DNA of 20,000 nucleotides, from sequence record SRR2962707_2060. The stretch is one strand, 5' to 3'. Positions 9,674 through 17,045 of this stretch are shown here, piece after piece. Numbering within the stretch: position 1 is the stretch's first letter; each line of letters opens with the position of its first letter. The notes beneath the pieces are model-generated. The model worked only from the letters and a program-made list of their open reading frames with translations. It did no database searches and had not been told where the DNA came from. The translations under genes were made by a program, and so were the position numbers.

Positions 9674-10111
9674 TTAGCGTCGCTTTCCAAACCCAGTGTT
9701 TATAGGATGGTGCGGCTTTTCAGGTTCGCTGTCAGCTGCTCTTGGTAATTGTGTGCGCATTGGCATCGGCGCAAAATCTGTTGTTTTCACGGGATTAGTA
9801 ATTTGCGGCCGTGTTTTTGAAACCTGTATTTTTTCTGAGGTGAAATGGACGCCGCATGTATCGCCATTAACCCAGCGGCGCTCGCAGTCAACCTTGTAGC
9901 CATCAATGTCAACGATAAGCATAAAATGATCAGGCAGGCGCCAAACGATATCTGGCGAGAAACTTAGTTTTGCGCCCGTCTCGCTTATGTCTTTAACAGC
10001 GCAAGAAAACATATTGTTGTTTTGATCGTAGATGACATGCGCACCCTTGAATACCCGTTTTCGCTCTTGGCGCGGCGAAGGACCTAAAGTTGGGTTTTCT
10101 GAGTTGGCCAT
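9674..10111 (-). CDS. PilZ-domain protein (putative c-di-GMP receptor) with a low-complexity C-terminal tail
   Basis: RQERKR (RxxxR) and DISETG (D/NxSxxG) motifs, with terminal CGVHF strand. ATG10111 is preferred because GAGGGT lies just upstream (the ORF track starts at 10132). Confidence 0.82.
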   Translation of the reverse strand: MANSENPTLGPSPRQERKRVFKGAHVIYDQNNNMFSCAVKDISETGAKLSFSPDIVWRLPDHFMLIVDIDGYKVDCERRWVNGDTCGVHFTSEKIQVSKTRPQITNPVKTTDFAPMPMRTQLPRAADSEPEKPHHPINTGFGKRR

Positions 10112-10156
10112 ATTTGCACCCTCATTTAGCAAAATGGAGGAAACGACGCCTACTGA

Positions 10157-10185
10157 CTTATATACCTAAAATTGTTCTGATTCAA
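10157..10185 (-). promoter_or_regulatory. Putative sigma70-type promoter for the PilZ gene
   Basis: The minus strand reads TTGAAT-N17-TATAAG, ending about 45 nt upstream of ATG10111. Confidence 0.45.
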
Positions 10186-10263
10186 CTTTGCTGTTTTTAG
10201 CTTAAGCCTGGATGGCGCGACTTAAGTTTAAAATTCTTGCGATTAAAGAAACTAGGTTTCCGC

Positions 10264-11529
10264 CTATCTATCGCGCGGGGTCCAGTCGGTACCTTCCGAT
10301 TTGCGTTTGCCCAAACGTAGGAGCAATCCGATTGAGACGCCAACACCGATTGCCACTGTTAGGTCTACGACCACAGTTAGTATCAGCGTCAAAAGCAATA
10401 ACAGAATATCTGCAGGCCTTCCTTTGGCGTATTGGCCCCATTTGTTGGGTTCGCTCATATTCCAAGCAGTAATGATTAAGAGAGCGGCAAGGGCCGGCAT
10501 CGCCAGATATCCAGCAAGCGGTGCAGCAAACAGCATTAGAAGCAATATTATGATGGCGTGGACAATGCCTGCTACTGGTGTCTTACCACCTGCTTTGATG
10601 TTGGTCGCGGTTCTAGCGATTGCGCCAGTCACTGGCAGCCCCATAAAAACGGAAGAGGCCATATTAGCGACGCCCTGAGCGGTCAATTCAGCATTGGGGC
10701 GGTGATGGCCTTCAATCATTTTATCAGCAACCATTGCAGATAGCAGTGATTCGACGGCTGCTAGGAATGCGATGATGAACGCAGAAGGTAGCAGTTCAAT
10801 AATGCGATCTAATGAAAAATCGGGCAGCTGTGGCCAGGGCATTTGGCTTGGCAAATCGCCAAAACGGGAGAACAGCGTATCTACTGGTAGTTCCATATAG
10901 GCTACTAATGCGGAGCCGAAACCCACGGCAACAATTAATCCTGGGAGGCGCGGTGCTATACGGCGCAGTAATAGAATTAGTACCAGCGTGATCATTGCAA
11001 TCATAAAGGTCGTTAAATTGAAGCTATCTCTCGACTGCCAAAGGGCTTGAATTTTTTCAATAAAATCGGCGGGCAGATTGGCAATAGACAGGCCAAGGAA
11101 ATCTTTTAGCTGGCTTGTCGCAATAATTACGCCAATACCAATGGTAAAGCCACTGACAACCGCTTCTGGGACGAATGCTATCAAATTTCCGGCGCGAAAA
11201 TAGCCTGCAACGATCAATATAATGCCGGCCATAAAGGTTGCTAGAACCAAGCCATCATAGCCATGCTTTGCGATGACGCCAAAAACGACGACAATAAATG
11301 CGCCTGTTGGCCCACCAATTTGAACGCGGCTTCCACCCAGCAAAGAGATTAGAAAACCACCGACAATAGCTGTGACTAGGCCTTTTGCAGGGTCTGCACC
11401 TGATGCAATTGCGATGGCTAAGCTCAAGGGTAGGGCGACCATTGCAACGGTTAGGCCTGCCGCTATATCTGCCAAAAATATAGACCAGCTATAGGTTTGC
11501 ATCGTCGTAAGAATTTTAGGCTGGCGCAT
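10264..11529 (-). CDS. SulP/SLC26 family anion transporter, transmembrane domain only (no STAS)
   Basis: DIAAGLTVAMVALPLSLAIAIASG, GGSRVQIGGPTGAF, ESLLSA, NAELTAQGVAN and TGAIARTATNIKAGGKTP are SulP signatures. Ends about 15 aa after the last TM helix. Confidence 0.9.
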   Translation of the reverse strand: MRQPKILTTMQTYSWSIFLADIAAGLTVAMVALPLSLAIAIASGADPAKGLVTAIVGGFLISLLGGSRVQIGGPTGAFIVVVFGVIAKHGYDGLVLATFMAGIILIVAGYFRAGNLIAFVPEAVVSGFTIGIGVIIATSQLKDFLGLSIANLPADFIEKIQALWQSRDSFNLTTFMIAMITLVLILLLRRIAPRLPGLIVAVGFGSALVAYMELPVDTLFSRFGDLPSQMPWPQLPDFSLDRIIELLPSAFIIAFLAAVESLLSAMVADKMIEGHHRPNAELTAQGVANMASSVFMGLPVTGAIARTATNIKAGGKTPVAGIVHAIIILLLMLFAAPLAGYLAMPALAALLIITAWNMSEPNKWGQYAKGRPADILLLLLTLILTVVVDLTVAIGVGVSIGLLLRLGKRKSEGTDWTPRDR

Positions 11530-11627
11530 TCCAAGAGCTCAATCTAATAATGGATCCAATATACCATATCTTATAACACCAGCGGGTGATTCTGGGTACA
11601 CTTTCTTGCGCGTGGCGAAAAAGCCCG

Positions 11628-11678
11628 AATAGCGCCTGGTTCAATTTGATTAGTGCAGGGCGCTATTTATTTATTTTT
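11628..11678. terminator. Hairpin / probable terminator downstream of the FMN reductase gene, possibly bidirectional
   Basis: AATAGCGCC (11628-11636) / GGCGCTATT (11659-11667) perfect inverted repeat. The plus strand continues TATTTATTTTT; the minus strand continues CGGGCTTTTT. Confidence 0.55.
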
Positions 11679-11693
11679 CTCGCTTATCGCTGA

Positions 11694-12257
11694 TTATTCA
11701 GCGCGCATTGTACGCAATGCTGTTGCCCATTTGTGTAACTCTGCAAGCATGCCTGCTGCGCCTTGTTTCATTTCTTCATTCGGTACGAAAATACCTTCGT
11801 CATTGATGAATTTTGGGAAGAATGGAATTGGTACTTCTTGTGCCAATGGCATAATGCTTACTGCAGTCAGTAGAATTTTCGCTGTTTGTGCTCCGCGTAG
11901 GCCACCAGAAATGCCACCATAACTCACTAAACCGGCTGGTTTATGTTTCCACTCATTTGAAAGTGTTTGGATTGCGTTTACAAATGACGCTGGCGGGAAA
12001 TAATCATATTCTGGCGTTACAAATATAAATGCATCTGCTGATGCGACGCTTTTGCTCCACTTTTTTGTGTGCTCATGTTCATAAGCGCCCATACGCGGAT
12101 GTTTTGCTTCATCAAGCAGAGGCAGATTAAAGTCAGCCAGATCGACAAGTTCGATCTCAAAATCACTATGTTCTTTTGCAAATTCAGATACCCATTTGCC
12201 GATTTTAGGGCCAACACGGCCTGGGCGTGTAGACAACGTAATGATGTTAAGCTTCAT
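11694..12257 (-). CDS. NADPH-dependent FMN reductase (flavodoxin-like; SsuE/ChrR/azoreductase-related)
   Basis: STRPGRVG phosphate loop, ADAFIFVTPEYDY and WKHKPAGLVSYGGISGGLRG motifs; GGAG RBS upstream. Confidence 0.88.
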   Translation of the reverse strand: MKLNIITLSTRPGRVGPKIGKWVSEFAKEHSDFEIELVDLADFNLPLLDEAKHPRMGAYEHEHTKKWSKSVASADAFIFVTPEYDYFPPASFVNAIQTLSNEWKHKPAGLVSYGGISGGLRGAQTAKILLTAVSIMPLAQEVPIPFFPKFINDEGIFVPNEEMKQGAAGMLAELHKWATALRTMRAE

Positions 12258-12294
12258 ATCAATTCTCCGGAATCCTAGTTCGTTTTATTTAGAT

Positions 12295-12326
12295 ACATAC
12301 GACTCAGTCTTGGGAAAGTCGTATGT
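12295..12326. repeat. Perfect 10-bp inverted repeat upstream of the FMN reductase gene
   Basis: ACATACGACT (12295-12304) - 12 nt - AGTCGTATGT (12317-12326). Confidence 0.75.
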
Positions 12327-12459
12327 GGTTTAGCGACAGTATTAGATAACAGCTGCTCGCTGATGGTTACAGTTGTGATTGTCGGGATACAAAATCCTAC
12401 GTGTTTTGAACAGCTTGGCAAAGTTAGTTGAAAAGCCATGATGTAATTTTGTTCCATAA

Positions 12460-12492
12460 TCTATCTTATGCGACAATTGCATAACAGATAGA
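12460..12492 (-). terminator. Stem-loop just downstream of emrB (terminator or 3' stabilising hairpin)
   Basis: TCTATC-TTATGC / GCATAA-ca-GATAGA gives 12 bp with a 2-nt bulge, 8 nt after the emrB stop; U-tract is weak. Confidence 0.45.
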
Positions 12493-12500
12493 GTAAACGG

Positions 12501-14087
12501 TTAGTGGCCGCCTGAACTCGGTCCAGCTTTTGCAGATGGACGTTCAATCAAGTAAGCGCAGCACGCTAGAATTACGAATAATGCGGTTAGCAACAAAAAC
12601 ACATCAATGAATGACATGACATAAGCCTGTTGGTTCACCATGCCCGCTAATTGTTTGATAGCGACAGTTGGCCCGTCCAGACCTAACGCGGAAAACTTCG
12701 TCGACATGCTGTTATACATATCCATTGCCTGCGCATTGCCCCACTGCACATGTTCAGCCAATCGTTCATAATGAACTTTGGTTTGGCTCGTGAGCAGCGT
12801 GTTGATTATTGCAAGACCAACAGCACCGCCGAGATTTCTCGTTAAGTTGAATAGTCCGGATGCATTGCCCACGCGGTCCATTGGCAATGTGCCAAGCGCA
12901 ACATTGTTGATCGGCACCATCGCGAGCATGAGTGAACACCCGCGCAGCACTTGCGGCAATAGGAGTTCCCAGAAGTCCCAATCAGCGGTCATATGTGTCA
13001 TGATCCAAGTGCCTGCACCAAAGCCTGCAAAGCCAAGCATCATCATAGCGCGCGGATCCATCTTGGAGGACATTATGCCGGCAACTGGCGCCGTTAAGAA
13101 CATTGCGACACCTGATACAAACATAGTCTTGCCGATCATCAGTGAATCATAGCCGCGTATGGCAGAAAGATAGACGGGATAGATATATGTCAGTCCATAG
13201 AGGCCAACGCCCATGACAAAGGAAAACAAGGATCCAAAGGCGAAGTTGCGGTTATTGAAGGCGCTTAAATCTACAATTGGATGTTCGCGGGTGAAGGCGC
13301 GATAGAAAAATATCGATGCGCCGATAATTATGGCGATTGTGCCAAGGATAATGCCGTCGTCTTGAAACCACCCCTTCCCGTTTCCTTCTTCCAGCACATA
13401 TTCTAGTGAGCCAAGAAACACGGCCATGGAGAATAGGCCAAGCCAGTCGAAACGTCGCACAAGATCGAAGTTTGGTTTGTCAAAATCGATCAATGTCCAC
13501 GCGCCAATTGATACGAAAATTCCAGGTATGACGTTAACTAGAAACAACCAGTGCCATGAAAATGCATCGCTCAAATAGCCACCGACAGTCGGTCCAATTG
13601 TCGGTGCTAATGTTGCGATTAGGCCAATAACAGGCGATACGATTGGGCGCTTGGATGGCGGAAATAATGTGAAAGCCGCCGCAAATACGGATGGAATCAT
13701 GCCGCCGCCGATAAAGCCTTGAAATGCACGATAGACGATCATCTGATCGATGTTTGTTGCTGTTGCTGCCAAAGCGCTCGCCGCGGTAAAACCAGCCGCA
13801 GAAATCGTGAATAGAACGCGCGTTGATAAGATGCGTGCCAGCATTCCTGAGAGCGGTATCATGATGACTTCGGCGATTAGATAAGAAGTTTGCACCCACG
13901 CTACTTCTTCATGGCTTGCGCCAAGCCCAGCTTGAATCTCCGCCAGAGAGGCAGATACGATCTGAATATCCAAAATAGCCATGAACATGCCCACGACCAT
14001 GACGAGAAACGCAAGGATGTTGCGAATGGGTATGGGCGGCTCTTCGGTTGCCGAGCCCCCTGCACTGTTGGCTATATCGTCGGACAT
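12501..14087 (-). CDS. emrB: DHA2 family MFS efflux permease (EmrB/QacA)
   Basis: FMAILDIQIVSASL, WVQTSYLIAEVIMIP, APTIGPTVGG, WHWLFLVNV and ASGLFNLTRNLGGAVG motifs; about 14 hydrophobic segments; GAGGG RBS. Confidence 0.92.
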   Translation of the reverse strand: MSDDIANSAGGSATEEPPIPIRNILAFLVMVVGMFMAILDIQIVSASLAEIQAGLGASHEEVAWVQTSYLIAEVIMIPLSGMLARILSTRVLFTISAAGFTAASALAATATNIDQMIVYRAFQGFIGGGMIPSVFAAAFTLFPPSKRPIVSPVIGLIATLAPTIGPTVGGYLSDAFSWHWLFLVNVIPGIFVSIGAWTLIDFDKPNFDLVRRFDWLGLFSMAVFLGSLEYVLEEGNGKGWFQDDGIILGTIAIIIGASIFFYRAFTREHPIVDLSAFNNRNFAFGSLFSFVMGVGLYGLTYIYPVYLSAIRGYDSLMIGKTMFVSGVAMFLTAPVAGIMSSKMDPRAMMMLGFAGFGAGTWIMTHMTADWDFWELLLPQVLRGCSLMLAMVPINNVALGTLPMDRVGNASGLFNLTRNLGGAVGLAIINTLLTSQTKVHYERLAEHVQWGNAQAMDMYNSMSTKFSALGLDGPTVAIKQLAGMVNQQAYVMSFIDVFLLLTALFVILACCAYLIERPSAKAGPSSGGH

Positions 14088-14108
14088 TGTCGACCCTCAG
14101 CGGTCTAA

Positions 14109-15281
14109 TTATTTCGCGATTGCTAAATTGGTCGTGTTTGGTGTGGTTCGCTTATCGATATCAACAACCACCGACAGCCCTGCCATCAAACGATGGGTAT
14201 CAAGGGCTTCTTTGGGAATTGAAATACGCACTGGAAGGCGCTGCGTTACTTTTGTGAAGTTGCCCGTCGCATTTTCAGCTGGAAGCAGCGAAAATACAGA
14301 TCCTGATGCAGGCGCAATTGAAACAACCCTGCCCTCTATATTCGCCTCGCCAAGCGCATCCACATGAATATGCACGACTTGGCCCGGATAAATGTCAGCG
14401 ATCTGTGTTTCTTTAAAGTTTGCGTCGATAAAAAGTTCTTCAGAAGGCACAAGTGCTGCTAGCCGCACGCCTGGAGATACTAAGTCACCTTCTTGAACAG
14501 AAAGATTGCCCACGATCCCATCATAGGGTGCGCGCAAAACAGTGAAAGCAAGGTCGCGATCTGCTTTGTCAACTGCGAGCTGCAGTGATTTTAGCGCGCT
14601 TTCGGCTTGATTATACTGCGCTTTTGTCGCGTCGATATTTGCCATGGCCGATTGAATTGCTGCATCGGCTCCCTGAATATTAGCCTGTGCCTGTTCGACA
14701 GCAATATTTGCGTTATCGAGCGTTGATGTGCTGGCTATATCTTTAGATTGAAGCGTTTTTGCGCGATTTTGGGTCTGCTGAACGCCATGAAGCGCTGCTT
14801 CAGCGGCGAGCTTCTTCGCTTTCGCTGAGGCGAGTTCAGAAACGGCTACCTGCTCCTGTGCTTCGATGAGTTTAAGCGAGAGGTTCTGTGTCGCGAGTTC
14901 CGCTTTTGCAGCTTCCAGCGCAATTTCATAGTCACCATTATCTAAAGTTACGAGTGGATCGCCTGCTTGCACAAATTGGTTCGCTTTTACATCGACAACG
15001 CGCACATAACCCGAAACTTTGGGTGAGATATAAGTAATGTTGCCACCAATATAGGCGTCGTCGGTTGAAACCATAAAGCGGCCATCGGTCCACCATTTAT
15101 AGCCCTCATAGCCAGCACCTGCGAGCGCCGCTACTATGATGATTGGGAGTATGACCTTTTTAAAAACTGACTTTTTCTCAGCAGGCACTGTTTTTTGCTC
15201 AGTTGAATTAGTTACTTTACTCATCGGCGCTGTTTCATTTTCAACTAAGTGCACCGCTGCGTTGCTTTGATGGCTGGCCAT
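14109..15281 (-). CDS. emrA: EmrA/HlyD family periplasmic adaptor (membrane fusion protein)
   Basis: N-terminal TM anchor, STDDAY, ISPKVSGYV, coiled-coil hairpin, ANFKETQI and FSLLPAENATGNFTKVTQRLPVRI motifs. Confidence 0.93.
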   Translation of the reverse strand: MASHQSNAAVHLVENETAPMSKVTNSTEQKTVPAEKKSVFKKVILPIIIVAALAGAGYEGYKWWTDGRFMVSTDDAYIGGNITYISPKVSGYVRVVDVKANQFVQAGDPLVTLDNGDYEIALEAAKAELATQNLSLKLIEAQEQVAVSELASAKAKKLAAEAALHGVQQTQNRAKTLQSKDIASTSTLDNANIAVEQAQANIQGADAAIQSAMANIDATKAQYNQAESALKSLQLAVDKADRDLAFTVLRAPYDGIVGNLSVQEGDLVSPGVRLAALVPSEELFIDANFKETQIADIYPGQVVHIHVDALGEANIEGRVVSIAPASGSVFSLLPAENATGNFTKVTQRLPVRISIPKEALDTHRLMAGLSVVVDIDKRTTPNTTNLAIAK

Positions 15282-15305
15282 TACGATTTTCCTGCTAAAT
15301 TAAAT

Positions 15306-15321
15306 CGAACTGATCGGTTCG
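15306..15321. promoter_or_regulatory. Palindromic operator, probable binding site of the adjacent TetR regulator
   Basis: CGAACTGATCGGTTCG is 14/16 self-complementary. It lies in the emrA-tetR divergent intergenic region, 24 nt upstream of the emrA ATG. Confidence 0.65.
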
Positions 15322-15329
15322 GTTCGGTA

Positions 15330-15360
15330 TTGACTTAGTTCTTCCCATTTCTCATATCAA
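15330..15360. promoter_or_regulatory. Overlapping divergent sigma70-like promoters for tetR (+) and emrAB (-)
   Basis: Plus strand: TTGACT(15330-15335)-N17-CATATC. Minus strand: TTGATA(15360-15355)-N17-TAAGTC. Confidence 0.45.
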
Positions 15361-15414
15361 GTAAAATCGAAACAATAATTTCACTTAAGTGTGAAAAGTC
15401 GGGATGTGCAGCCG

Positions 15415-16116
15415 ATGGTAGCAAACAACAAAGTCATTCGCTCCACTGATTCGCAAGAGTTTAGTGCGGAGAATGGAAATTTATCGTTACCTTCAGGTCG
15501 TTCTGCGGCGGGTGAAAATCCTGTTAAACGCAATCAAATTCTAGATGGCGCAAAACAGGTATTTATCGCGCAAGGCTATGAAGGCGCCAGCATGAATGAC
15601 ATTACGCGCGCTGCGGGTGTGTCAAAAGGCACGATTTATGTCTATTTCCAGTGCAAAGAAGACTTGTTTGCTGCATTGGTTAATCGTGAGCGGGATCGTG
15701 TTTACACCGCTATTCATAATATTTTGGTCGATGATAAGCCGCTTGAGGATGTACTCCTTCACTTTGGGATGGTTTTCGCCCGTCATATGACCGCACCGCA
15801 CACGATTAAAGGTATGCGGATGGCTATTGGCGTCATTGAAAAATTGCCGGAGGTCGCTGCGGCTTTTTTAGCCAGCGGCCCAGCAAAAAGTGCGCAGCCG
15901 CTAAGAGAATATCTGGAGCGACACGTAGCTCGCGGTGAATTGGAAATCGATGATTGTCTGCTGGCGGCCCGTCAATTTGCTGAACTTTGCGTTGCAGGGC
16001 AATTTCGTAATGCTCTTTTTGGCGAAACAGAGAAGATACTATCTGATGGCGAGATTGAGGTAATTGTTAAGTCAGCTATTAATATGTTTATGAAGACCTA
16101 CGCTGTTACCGACTAA
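15415..16116 (+). CDS. TetR/AcrR family transcriptional regulator, EmrR-like, divergent from emrAB
   Basis: HTH KRNQILDGAKQVFIAQGYEGASMNDITRAAGVSKGTIYVYFQCKEDLF. Start ambiguous (GTG15391 or ATG15415). Confidence 0.88.
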   Translation: MVANNKVIRSTDSQEFSAENGNLSLPSGRSAAGENPVKRNQILDGAKQVFIAQGYEGASMNDITRAAGVSKGTIYVYFQCKEDLFAALVNRERDRVYTAIHNILVDDKPLEDVLLHFGMVFARHMTAPHTIKGMRMAIGVIEKLPEVAAAFLASGPAKSAQPLREYLERHVARGELEIDDCLLAARQFAELCVAGQFRNALFGETEKILSDGEIEVIVKSAINMFMKTYAVTD

Positions 16117-16206
16117 TGTATATGACGCCGCTTTATAGCGGGAAAGTTCTTCAAATCGGATGACTAATGCGCGAATCTCGTCCATGTTTTGCCCATGAAC
16201 AATTCA

Positions 16207-17034
16207 ATGAAACCTTCAACTGATATTACCCGCCTTATCGAGATAATGGAGCGGTTGCGCGATCCGCAAACGGGTTGTCCGTGGGATGTGGAGCAAACTT
16301 TTGCATCGATTGTTCCTTATACAATTGAAGAGGCCTACGAAGTTGCTGACGCCATAGAGCGCAATGACATGGCCGATCTGACTGATGAATTAGGTGATTT
16401 GTTGCTGCAGGTTATTTTCCATGCACGCATGGCGGAAGAAGCCGGTCTGTTCAATTTTGGCGACGTGGTTCACGCGATCACCAACAAAATGATACGTAGG
16501 CACCCACATGTTTTTGGAGATGAAAATGTTCGCGGCAAAAAGCTTGCTAAGGGAATGTGGGAAAAAATAAAAGCCGAGGAAAAAGCAGAAAAAGCGGCCA
16601 TGAGGCAGGCGGCAGGCATACAACACGAACCAAGCGCCCTCCTCTCAGATATTCCTCGCGCCCAACCGGCGTTGATGCGGGCGCAAAAGCTTCAAAAGAA
16701 AGCAGCCACAGTTGGATTTGATTGGTCAGAAGCTGCGCCAATTCTTGATAAACTTGAGGAAGAAATTGCTGAGTTACGCGCTGCGCTAGCGAGCGGACAT
16801 CAAGCTGAAATTGCCGATGAATTTGGCGATATTATATTTGGAATAGTCAATTTGGGTCGCCATTTAGAGGTGGATGCAGAAGCAGCGCTTGCTGGCACAA
16901 ATCACAAATTTGCATCAAGATTTGCCTACATAGAAAAAGTGCTTGCCGAACAAGGTTCCAGCCTCAAAGAGGCCAGTTTAGATGACATGGAGGCACTTTG
17001 GCAGCGTGCTAAAAAGGCACTTGCTGACACATAG
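16207..17034 (+). CDS. mazG: Nucleoside triphosphate pyrophosphohydrolase MazG (tandem domains)
   Basis: LRDPQTGCPWD, EEAYEVADAI, DELGDLLLQVIFH, KMIRRHPHVF, and a second domain GFDW...EEEIAE...DEFGD. ATG16207 (MKPSTDITRL) is preferred; alternatives are 16189 and 16195. Confidence 0.94.
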   Translation: MKPSTDITRLIEIMERLRDPQTGCPWDVEQTFASIVPYTIEEAYEVADAIERNDMADLTDELGDLLLQVIFHARMAEEAGLFNFGDVVHAITNKMIRRHPHVFGDENVRGKKLAKGMWEKIKAEEKAEKAAMRQAAGIQHEPSALLSDIPRAQPALMRAQKLQKKAATVGFDWSEAAPILDKLEEEIAELRAALASGHQAEIADEFGDIIFGIVNLGRHLEVDAEAALAGTNHKFASRFAYIEKVLAEQGSSLKEASLDDMEALWQRAKKALADT

Positions 17035-17045
17035 TAGTCCAGCTT

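Noticed and set aside
12275..12457. 60-aa minus-strand ORF between emrB and the FMN reductase
   Set aside because: No clear RBS or motif, and it overlaps the inverted repeats. It cannot be excluded without Ribo-seq but is unsupported.
8059..17034. TatD, MBL hydrolase and MazG as a possible anti-phage or toxin-antitoxin module
   Set aside because: All three look like housekeeping orthologs in their usual chromosomal neighbourhoods, with no mazEF, effector or mobile context.
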